Below the pieces are notes generated by a model. The model was not told the origin of the DNA. It saw only the letters and a list, made by a program, of their open reading frames with translations, and made no database searches. Of a DNA stretch of 32,387 nucleotides, positions 16,395 through 24,518 are shown in pieces. The stretch comes from Bacteroidota bacterium (lineage in GTDB: Bacteria > Bacteroidota > Bacteroidia > Flavobacteriales > Flavobacteriaceae): assembly GCA_040387455.1 (NCBI GenBank), contig JAZKDS010000068.1, positions 1 through 32,387 of the forward strand, given 5' to 3'. The translations under genes and the position numbers were made by a program. Numbering within the stretch: position 1 is the stretch's first letter; each line of letters begins with the position of its first letter.

Positions 16395-16595
16395 ACCAAT
16401 AAAAAACATTATAAAAATATTACCATTTAAGCTGTAAAACAGATGCATTTTGTTTGTACCTTTAAATAGAATTTGAGTGGCTCGCCACACATCCGGCAAT
16501 TACCTGTCGTTGCTCGCGGAGCAAATATTTGCCTTAGCCGGGATTAGTTGTGGATGGCCATTAACGGATTTTGTTTAACCAAAAAACAAACAATC

Positions 16596-18185
16596 ATGCT
16601 TAGAGCTACCACAATGGCATTACTGCTACTACTTGCCATATCCTGCAAAAATGCAGCAGGCACTAATGATAAAGGCACATCTCAGGCCGCAAATACCGCT
16701 TATCTTAAAACCATTGCACTCCCTATTGATAAAACGCTTTTAGACAAACAGCCTGAAGCAATACAGCAATTTTATGCACAGCATGATAACCGCACGGTAT
16801 GGACTAAAGACGCCGACCGCACTGCTATTATTGCTGCCGTAGGCGATGCCGGTAGCGATGGCCTTATGCCCGAGGACTACAACTTTACCTACCTGAAAGA
16901 GTTTGAAAACCTAAAAACCATTACCGAAGAAGAGTGCATGAGCTATGATATAATGCTTACGCAATCCTTAGGCACACTGGCAACGCATTTGTTTAAAGGC
17001 AAACTAAAGCCGTCTGGCGTATACCACGACTGGGCATTGACCCCTAAAAAGTTTGACTCTGATAAAATACTGGCCGAAGCACTTAAAAACCACAATATAA
17101 ATGATATTATTGGCCGTTGCCGTCCTCACCATGCTACCTATGCCGCATTGCGCAACAGCCTCCACTACCTTAACGGCCTGCCCGATGATAAAGTAATAGT
17201 GGCTATAACTTTTGAAAAGAACCTCAAATTAAACGATTCTACCGCTACGGTAGGCCTTATTAAACAACGGCTGACCTACTGGGGCGACCTTGATAAAGAA
17301 AACGCCTCAGGCAACAGTTTTGATAAAGCCACACGCTTGGCCCTGAAAAAATTTCAGGCGCGCCATGGCATTTATGCAGATGGCATTGCAAACAGCAGCA
17401 CCATAGAGGCCCTAAATTTTACTAAAGAAGCCCGTAGCCATCAGGTAATTGCTAACCTGGAGCGCTGGAGGTGGTTTCCATATGAGTTTGGCCAAACTTC
17501 AATTGTAGTAAACATACCCAACTATAGCCTCTCGATACTGGAAAACGGTATTGATACCCTTCAAACCTATAAAGTAATCGTGGGCAAGCCCGACAGGCGC
17601 AGCCCGGTGCTGCACTCTGTTATCAACAGCCTGGTTATAAACCCTACCTGGACCGTGCCACCCACCTACCTTGCTAAAGACCTGGTGCCCGCCGCCATTA
17701 AAGACACGGCACACTTTAGCCACCTCAACATGAAAATAATGTACAAAGGTGAAGAGATAAGCGCTGCGGAGTGGGATTCTCAAATTGCAGACAATTATGT
17801 GTATGTGCAAAGCCCGGGCGACCACAATTCGCTGGGGCGTATAAAATTCAACTTCCAGAATGGTTTTTATGTATACCTGCATGATACCAACCACAGGGAG
17901 TATTTTAATAAAGGGTACCGCGCTTTAAGCTCAGGCTGTGTACGGGTACAAGACCCTTTTAAACTGGCCGGATATATTTTAGATAATGAAAAAGCGGGCT
18001 GGACTGCCGAAAAAGTGCAGGAAATGGTAGCTACTAACGAAACGCAAAGTATAGGTATAAAAAAACCCATCCATGTGCACCAGTTATACTGGACGGCATG
18101 GATGGATAAAGATGGGCTTCAATTTCGCCCGGATATTTATAACCTAGACAAGGTTTTATATAACAAATTAAGAAGTAAAAGTTGA
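16596..18185 (+). CDS. L,D-transpeptidase family lipoprotein (YcbB/LdtD-like: scaffold, PG-binding and YkuD domains)
   Basis: Start re-called at ATG 16596 with lipobox AIS-C; FQARHG PG-binding motif; NLERWRW; NPTWTVP; YLHDT...SSGCVR catalytic His/Cys. Confidence 0.9.
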   Translation: MLRATTMALLLLLAISCKNAAGTNDKGTSQAANTAYLKTIALPIDKTLLDKQPEAIQQFYAQHDNRTVWTKDADRTAIIAAVGDAGSDGLMPEDYNFTYLKEFENLKTITEEECMSYDIMLTQSLGTLATHLFKGKLKPSGVYHDWALTPKKFDSDKILAEALKNHNINDIIGRCRPHHATYAALRNSLHYLNGLPDDKVIVAITFEKNLKLNDSTATVGLIKQRLTYWGDLDKENASGNSFDKATRLALKKFQARHGIYADGIANSSTIEALNFTKEARSHQVIANLERWRWFPYEFGQTSIVVNIPNYSLSILENGIDTLQTYKVIVGKPDRRSPVLHSVINSLVINPTWTVPPTYLAKDLVPAAIKDTAHFSHLNMKIMYKGEEISAAEWDSQIADNYVYVQSPGDHNSLGRIKFNFQNGFYVYLHDTNHREYFNKGYRALSSGCVRVQDPFKLAGYILDNEKAGWTAEKVQEMVATNETQSIGIKKPIHVHQLYWTAWMDKDGLQFRPDIYNLDKVLYNKLRSKS

Positions 18186-18863
18186 TTTGTAGTTTTTAGT
18201 AGGGTGATAAATAAAAAGGCATGCCTTATTTTTTACCAGGTCAATAACCTCTTTAGTAAGGTTAGCGGGTAGTGCAGGGCATCCCTGGCTGCGCCCCAGC
18301 CTGTGGTGCATTTTTATAAAGTTATCGCTAACATAATCTGCTGCGTGCATAACTACTCCCCTGCTACGTGCATTGCTGTTTACACCACGCTCCAGGCCAT
18401 CAAGCCTAAGCGACTGGCCGTGCTTGCCGTTATAAATTTCGCCGGTGGCATAAAAACCAAGGCTGCTTTTATTAGAGCTGTTATCGTTGCTAAAAGCATT
18501 GGCAAACTCATCTCCACTATTGCGGCCGTGGGCTACAAGGGTATTATAAACTACAGTTTTAGTAGCCATATCAATAATCCAAAGTCTTTTAGAGTTAGAC
18601 GATATACTAAAATCGATAACAATAAGAATATCTTTCTTGATTTTTCCCTGTCCTTTTAAAAGGTTAAAGCCGTTTAATGCCTTAGTAAAGCACTCCATGC
18701 CGGGCATAGAAGCTGAGTGTGATTTAATACTGTTGTAAACAGATTCCGTTTCGGTAAGCGCAGTCTCGGCAGCTGTTGCTACAGGCGCTTTAGCAGTTTT
18801 AGTTGTTGTTGCGTTAAAAGAAATGAACAAAAAGATAACCGACGTAAAAAAGTTGTAAACCAT
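18168..18863 (-). CDS. Murein L,D-transpeptidase catalytic domain family protein (YkuD_2-like)
   Basis: IDFS...KRLW, VAHGRNSG, SSLGFY, VVMHAADY, GRSQGCPA. Confidence 0.88.
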   Translation of the reverse strand: MVYNFFTSVIFLFISFNATTTKTAKAPVATAAETALTETESVYNSIKSHSASMPGMECFTKALNGFNLLKGQGKIKKDILIVIDFSISSNSKRLWIIDMATKTVVYNTLVAHGRNSGDEFANAFSNDNSSNKSSLGFYATGEIYNGKHGQSLRLDGLERGVNSNARSRGVVMHAADYVSDNFIKMHHRLGRSQGCPALPANLTKEVIDLVKNKACLFIYHPTKNYKSTFTS

Positions 18864-19202
18864 TGTAAAAATTTAGTTGTGTGTTTTTAACCAGATTGCT
18901 AAATAAGTTAAAGAAATCTTAATAACCAAAAGCAACTGTGTTAAAATCAAATATTTAACATTTTCATTTGGCAGGCCTTATGCAAAAAGCTGTGCCGTTC
19001 TTACTTCATTTATATTATATACAACGGGTTAAAAAAGGTGCTTATTGCCCTAAACCCAAATTTTAAGATAAAAAAATTTAAAATCTGCGTTAAACTTAAC
19101 CCTTTTTCAATATTGACAAACGCAAAAAAATAGTAATTTTATGGCTTGTTTCGCTTGTACAATTAAGCAGAAACCATGCCAAAAAATCATAATTAGTTGA
19201 AA

Positions 19203-20723
19203 ATGAACAAAAAAGTTATCCTAATGATACTGGATGGCTGGGGTAAATCGCCCGACCCAAAAGTATCGGCCATAGACAATGCCAACGTACCTTTTATTAA
19301 TAGCCTTTATACAAAATACCCTAGTGCACAGCTGCGCACAGACGGCCTGAACGTAGGTTTACCCGAAGGCCAGATGGGCAATAGCGAGGTGGGCCACATG
19401 AACCTTGGTGCCGGACGTATTGTATATCAGGACCTTGTAAGGATTAACCTTGCGGTAGAAGATAAATCGATAGAAAAAGAAACTGCATTAGTTGATGCTT
19501 TTAACTATGCAAAGCAAAATAACAAAAAAGTACACCTGCTGGGCTTAGTATCAGACGGTGGTGTGCACTCGCACATACAGCACCTTAAAGGACTGGTTAC
19601 CGCTACTAAAGATGCCGGTTTAGAAAACGTTTTTATACATGCCTTTACCGATGGCCGTGATGTTGACCCAAAATCGGGCATTAATTTTATAGCCGATCTT
19701 GAACACTTTATTAAAGATACACCGGTTAAACTGGCCTCTATAATAGGGCGTTACTATGCTATGGACCGCGACAAGCGCTGGGAACGCGTTAAGCTGGCCT
19801 ATGACCTGCTTGTAAACGGCACCGGTACGATAACCACCAGTGCTATAGAAAGCATTGCCCAAAGCTATGCCGAAGGCGTAACCGATGAGTTTATAAAACC
19901 ATTGGCCATAAGCCAGGACGGCGTTAACCCTACGGCTGTTATTGAAGAAGATGACGTGGTTATCTTTTTTAACTTCCGTACAGACAGGGGCCGTGAGCTT
20001 ACCGAAGTGCTGAGCCAGTTTGATATACATGAGCAAAACATGCACAAGCTAAAGCTGTACTTTGTTACGCTTACTAATTATGATGATACCTTTAAAGACA
20101 TCCATGTGGTGTATGATAAAGATAATCTTACCGAAACCCTGGGCGAAGTAGTGAGCAGGGCCGGTAAAAAACAGATACGTATTGCCGAGACGGAAAAATA
20201 CCCGCACGTAACATTCTTCTTTTCGGGAGGCCGCGAGGAGCCTTTTGAAGGCGAAAAACGCCTGTTATGCCCGTCGCCTAAAGTAGCTACGTATGACCTT
20301 AAGCCTGAAATGAGCGCTTTTGACCTTAAAGATGCCCTTGTGCCCGAGCTTAAAAAACAGGAAGTTGATTTTGTGTGCCTTAATTTTGCCAATGGTGATA
20401 TGGTGGGCCACACCGGTGTTTTTGAAGCCGCTGTTAAAGCTTGTGAGGCTGTTGATGCCTGCGTTAAAGAGGTTATTGAAGTCGCCCTTGAAAACGGTTA
20501 CAGCACCATTGTAATTGCTGACCACGGTAACTGCGAAACCATGATAAACCCTGACGGAAGCCCTAACACGGCACACACCACTAACCCGGTGCCTATTATT
20601 ATGGTTGATAACGACATTACACATGTTAATGACGGTGTACTGGGCGATATTGCGCCTACCATACTACACATGATGGGTATTGCACAGCCTGAGACGATGA
20701 CAAGGCATTCGTTAGTAGATTAG
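19203..20723 (+). CDS. gpmI: 2,3-bisphosphoglycerate-independent phosphoglycerate mutase
   Basis: ILDGWG, GQMGNSEVGH, SDGGVHSH, GRYYAMDRD, AETEKYPHVTFFF, DMVGHTG, ADHGN, AHT; ATG at 19203. Confidence 0.97.
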   Translation: MNKKVILMILDGWGKSPDPKVSAIDNANVPFINSLYTKYPSAQLRTDGLNVGLPEGQMGNSEVGHMNLGAGRIVYQDLVRINLAVEDKSIEKETALVDAFNYAKQNNKKVHLLGLVSDGGVHSHIQHLKGLVTATKDAGLENVFIHAFTDGRDVDPKSGINFIADLEHFIKDTPVKLASIIGRYYAMDRDKRWERVKLAYDLLVNGTGTITTSAIESIAQSYAEGVTDEFIKPLAISQDGVNPTAVIEEDDVVIFFNFRTDRGRELTEVLSQFDIHEQNMHKLKLYFVTLTNYDDTFKDIHVVYDKDNLTETLGEVVSRAGKKQIRIAETEKYPHVTFFFSGGREEPFEGEKRLLCPSPKVATYDLKPEMSAFDLKDALVPELKKQEVDFVCLNFANGDMVGHTGVFEAAVKACEAVDACVKEVIEVALENGYSTIVIADHGNCETMINPDGSPNTAHTTNPVPIIMVDNDITHVNDGVLGDIAPTILHMMGIAQPETMTRHSLVD

Positions 20724-20772
20724 ATTATTCGATTTTTGGATCGTTCGATTTTTGGACCTCCTGAAAAAATAG

Positions 20773-20805
20773 AAAGCCGCCCACACAATGGGCGGCTTTT
20801 GTTTT
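20773..20805 (+). terminator. Terminator after gpmI
   Basis: AAAGCCGCCCA-cacaa-TGGGCGGCTTT followed by TGTTTT. Confidence 0.85.
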
Positions 20806-20810
20806 AAATC

Positions 20811-20833
20811 AAAAATCCCGCCGGGGCGGGATT
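20811..20833 (-). terminator. Terminator after the acetyl-CoA hydrolase gene
   Basis: AATCCCGCC...GGCGGGATT stem with an A-run on the + strand (T-run on the - strand). Confidence 0.7.
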
Positions 20834-20875
20834 AAAGACAAACGACAACTACAAAACCAAGCCCGGTTTTGTTTA

Positions 20876-22153
20876 CTATAAACACACTTTAAATGTGCTG
20901 AAACAAGCTTTATCTATAGCCTCACGGTGCATAGGGTGGGCAATGTTTATCATAGCCTTGGCACGTTGCTTAAGGGTTTTTCCATACAAATCGGCAATAC
21001 CATATTCTGTTACAACATACTGTACATGGCCGCGTGTGGTTACTACCCCTGCCCCTTCTTTAAGGAAAGGCACTATTTTATTTTCGCCATTTTTGGTAAC
21101 CGATGGCAACGCAATTATAGCCTTCCCACCTTCGCTTAAAGATGCCCCACGGATAAAATCCATCTGGCCGCCCACACCACTGTACATGCGGCTGCCTATA
21201 GAGTCGGCACATACCTGCCCGGTAACATCTACCTCAATAGCCGAATTAATGGCCACCATTTTGGGGTTACGGCGAATAACAGCGGTATCATTCACAAAAG
21301 ACGATTCGCGCATTTCTATAAACGGGTTATCGTTTACAAAATCATACAACCGTTGAGAACCCAGTAAAAACGTAGCCAGCGCACGGCCTTTTACCACGCC
21401 CTTGTGGTTGCAGTTGATAATGCCGTTTTCTATAAGGTCTATAACCCCGTCAGAAAACATTTCGGTATGCAGGCCCAGGTTTTTATGGCCTCCCAGTTTT
21501 GTTAATGCCGCATTAGGTATAGAGCCTATACCCATTTGCAGTGTGCTGCCATCATCTATAAGCGATGCCACATAGCTGCCTATTCTGTCTTCCTGATCGG
21601 TAATAGCATCCATGCCGTGGCTGTAAATGGGCACATCGGTTTCTACCATGTAATCAATTTCAGATACGTGTACCAGGCTGTCGCCAAATGTGCGCGGCAT
21701 GTTAGGGTTAACCTGTGCCACCACGCGCGTTGCCATTTCTATGGCAGCACGGCTGGCCTCTACCGATACACCCAGCGAACAATAGCCGTGGGCATCGGGT
21801 GGCGATACCTGTATAAAAACCACATCAAGCGGCAATACCCCTTTACGGAACAGGCGCGGCAGCTCGCTTAAAAAAACGGGCGTATAACTACCGTTACCGG
21901 CAGCCAGCGTGTGCCTTACATTCTTGCCTATAAAAAAAGAATTCACATGAAAGCTGTCGGCTAGTTTTGGGTCGGCATATGGCGCAGGGCCTTCTGTATG
22001 CATGTGGCATACCTCAACATCTTTCAGTTCGGCAGCCCTGTTGGCCAGCGCTTCGGTTAATATATTGGGTGTGGCGGCCGCAGCCTGCACATATACCCTG
22101 TTGCCCGGCTGTACTACCGCTACCGCCTGGCTTGCTGTTACATATTTACTCAT
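20876..22153 (-). CDS. Acetyl-CoA hydrolase/CoA-transferase family protein
   Basis: DGSTLQMGIGSIP, HTEMFSDG (catalytic Glu), INSAIEVD.TGQV, SGVGGQMDF, VVTEYGIA. Confidence 0.93.
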   Translation of the reverse strand: MSKYVTASQAVAVVQPGNRVYVQAAAATPNILTEALANRAAELKDVEVCHMHTEGPAPYADPKLADSFHVNSFFIGKNVRHTLAAGNGSYTPVFLSELPRLFRKGVLPLDVVFIQVSPPDAHGYCSLGVSVEASRAAIEMATRVVAQVNPNMPRTFGDSLVHVSEIDYMVETDVPIYSHGMDAITDQEDRIGSYVASLIDDGSTLQMGIGSIPNAALTKLGGHKNLGLHTEMFSDGVIDLIENGIINCNHKGVVKGRALATFLLGSQRLYDFVNDNPFIEMRESSFVNDTAVIRRNPKMVAINSAIEVDVTGQVCADSIGSRMYSGVGGQMDFIRGASLSEGGKAIIALPSVTKNGENKIVPFLKEGAGVVTTRGHVQYVVTEYGIADLYGKTLKQRAKAMINIAHPMHREAIDKACFSTFKVCL

Positions 22154-22176
22154 AACTATATCCTAAAAGTTTACAT

Positions 22177-22184
22177 CAAAATTA
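22177..22184 (-). promoter_or_regulatory. -7 box (TAATTTTG) for the acetyl-CoA hydrolase gene
   Basis: Matches TAnnTTTG, 23 nt upstream of the ATG. Confidence 0.55.
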
Positions 22185-22285
22185 GGGCAGCTTGTTTATT
22201 TAAACCATGATAAAACTCATGTTTTGCAGGTATTTAAAAAATACATGAGAAAGTTGTACTTTTACGCCCTGAAAATTAGATGTAA

Positions 22286-23104
22286 ATGATTATTCCTAAA
22301 ACACGCGAGGAAATTGAGCTGATGCGCGAAAGCTCGCTTATAGTATCTAAAACTCTGGGTATGATTGCCACCGAGATAAAACCGGGCGTAACCACACTGG
22401 AACTGGACCGCATGGCCGAAGAATTTATTCTTGACCATGGCGCTGTACCGGGCTTTAAAGGCCTGTACGGATGCCCAAGCACCCTGCTTACCAGCGTTAA
22501 CGACCAGATAGTGCACGGCCTGCCTACTAACCGCCCTATTGAGGAAGGCGATATAGTATCGGTGGATTGTGGCGCTCTTAAAAATGAATTTTATGGCGAC
22601 CATGCCTATACATTTGAAATAGGCAATATTGCCCCAGAAACCAAAAAGCTTCTTGAGGTGACTAAAGAGTCGCTTTATGTGGGTATCCGTGAGTTTAAAG
22701 CAGGAAACCGCGTTGAAGATGTGGGCAGTGCCATACAAAAATATACCGAAGGCTTTGGCTATGGCGTAGTGCGCGAGCTTGTGGGCCACGGCCTGGGGCG
22801 CACCATGCACGAAGGCCCGGAAATGCCAAACTATGGCAAACGCGGCCGCGGTAAATTGTTTGTTGAAGGACTTGTAGTTGCCATTGAACCGATGATTAAC
22901 ATGGGCACTAAAAACATTCGCCAGCTTAAAGACGGCTGGACGATTGTAACCCGAGATGGTAAGCCCAGCGCCCACTTTGAGCATAACGTTGCCATAATAG
23001 ACGGCAAGCCCGAGCTATTGAGCACCTTTGCTTATGTGTATAAAGCGCTTGGTATTGTAAGTGATGAAGAGAATGAATTCAGGAGGGAGCCTTTTGTAGT
23101 TTAA
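22286..23104 (+). CDS. map: Methionine aminopeptidase type I
   Basis: SVND..VHG, GDIVSVDCG, GDHA, GHGLG...HE.P, AIEPM, SAHFEH. Confidence 0.97.
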   Translation: MIIPKTREEIELMRESSLIVSKTLGMIATEIKPGVTTLELDRMAEEFILDHGAVPGFKGLYGCPSTLLTSVNDQIVHGLPTNRPIEEGDIVSVDCGALKNEFYGDHAYTFEIGNIAPETKKLLEVTKESLYVGIREFKAGNRVEDVGSAIQKYTEGFGYGVVRELVGHGLGRTMHEGPEMPNYGKRGRGKLFVEGLVVAIEPMINMGTKNIRQLKDGWTIVTRDGKPSAHFEHNVAIIDGKPELLSTFAYVYKALGIVSDEENEFRREPFVV

Positions 23105-23193
23105 TGTCAGTTATACCGCAGAGATAAAAGGTTATTTTGCAAAGAAGGCAAAATATTTTCAGACACGAATTTAACATACCTAAAAAATTATGC

Positions 23194-23649
23194 CACAAAG
23201 ATTGGCAAAGAAGGCACAAAGTTTCACAAAGATAAGATGGATATAAATACAATTTCTAATAGGGTTATCGGAATGGCTATTGAGGTTCATAAAAATCTTG
23301 GCCCGGGCTTATTAGAGTCTGCTTATTGTGAATGCCTTTCTTATGAACTTTATAATTATGGCTATAAAATAGAAGTTCAAAAGTCTTTACCTATTATCTA
23401 TAAAGATATTAAGCTCCAGCATGGTTATAGAATTGATATACTTGTAGAAAATCGCCTTGTTATTGAATTAAAAACTGTTGAGGCTTTACCGATGTTCATT
23501 ACGCACAAATACTCACATATCTAAAGCTGGGGAATTATCCGCTTGGCTTATTAATAAATTTCCATACCAAAACCCTTAAGGAAGGCATTAAACGTTTTAT
23601 TAATGAAAAATCTTTGTGAAACTTTGTGCCTTCTTTGCGAATCTTTGTG
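23194..23649. repeat. 40-bp inverted repeat pair (23194-23233 and 23610-23649) enclosing the GxxExxY gene
   Basis: Left arm cacaaagattggcaaagaaggcacaaagtttcacaaagat; reverse complement of the right arm cacaaagattcgcaaagaaggcacaaagtttcacaaagat; 39/40 identical. Confidence 0.93.
23237..23619 (+). pseudogene. GxxExxY family protein (PD-(D/E)XK superfamily), frameshifted near 23486
   Basis: LGPGLLESAY, YRIDILVE, IELK. The -1 frame continues [43 protein letters not shown], the typical family C-terminus. Confidence 0.85.
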
Positions 23650-23658
23650 TAACAACAT

Positions 23659-24426
23659 ATGAAGAAACTCTTTAAACTAGTACTCAACACTATACCCCGT
23701 CCTTTGCTTATACGCTTAAGCTATGTGGCGCGCCCCATACTGGCTTTTGCCCTTAAGGGAAACACGTATACCGACCCTATAGACGGGCGTAGTTTTAAAA
23801 ACTTTTTGCCTTATGGCTACGGGCATCAGCGCAATAATGTACTGGCTCCGGGTACGCTCTCTTTAGAAAGGCACAGGCTATTATGGCTGTACCTGAAAAA
23901 TGAAACCGACTTTTTTAGTGCGCCAAAAAAAGTACTGCACTTTGCGCCCGAACAGGCGTTTTATAAGCGTTTCCGTAAACAGGCCAACCTGGATTATACC
24001 ACCACCGACTTATATTCGCCACTGGCAGATGTAAAGGCCGATATATGCAACCTGCCGTTTAAGGACAATGAATATGACCTTATTTTGTGCAACCACGTGC
24101 TGGAACACATTCCGGATGACACCAAGGCCATGCAGGAGCTATACCGCGTGCTGAAACCGGGTGGTATGGCTATTTTACAAATACCACAGGATTTAAAAAG
24201 GGAAACTACTTTTGAAGACAACAGCATAACCGACCCAAAAGAGCGGCAGCGCATTTTTGGACAATATGACCACGTGCGTGTTTATGGCCGTGATTATTTT
24301 GACAAGCTGCGCAGCATAGGCTTTAGGGTTACAGAAGAAGATTATACTAAAAAGATTAGTCCTGACGATGTAGCGCGTTATTGCCTAGCCCCAGGAGAGA
24401 TTATACCAATATGCTACAAGGATTAA
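23659..24426 (+). CDS. Class I SAM-dependent methyltransferase
   Basis: SLERHRL, LHFAPE, CNHVLEHI, YRVLKPGG, FGQYDHVR. Confidence 0.88.
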   Translation: MKKLFKLVLNTIPRPLLIRLSYVARPILAFALKGNTYTDPIDGRSFKNFLPYGYGHQRNNVLAPGTLSLERHRLLWLYLKNETDFFSAPKKVLHFAPEQAFYKRFRKQANLDYTTTDLYSPLADVKADICNLPFKDNEYDLILCNHVLEHIPDDTKAMQELYRVLKPGGMAILQIPQDLKRETTFEDNSITDPKERQRIFGQYDHVRVYGRDYFDKLRSIGFRVTEEDYTKKISPDDVARYCLAPGEIIPICYKD

Positions 24427-24459
24427 TTATTGGCTATTGTATTAATCATCTGCAAAATA

Positions 24460-24491
24460 AAAACCCCGCCGGTACGTACCAGCGGGGTTTT
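24460..24491. terminator. Bidirectional terminator between convergent genes
   Basis: AAAACCCCGC(C)GGTAC/GTACC(A)GCGGGGTTTT near-palindrome. Confidence 0.8.
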
Positions 24492-24518
24492 GCAATTCTA
24501 AAAAACAAAAATTAAAGA

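Noticed and set aside
22262-22984. 240-aa minus-strand ORF
   Set aside because: Antisense to the unambiguous map gene and has no recognisable motifs.
23194-23649. Calling the GxxExxY cassette a classical IS
   Set aside because: No DDE or HUH transposase motifs and no target-site duplication; kept only as a candidate novel element.
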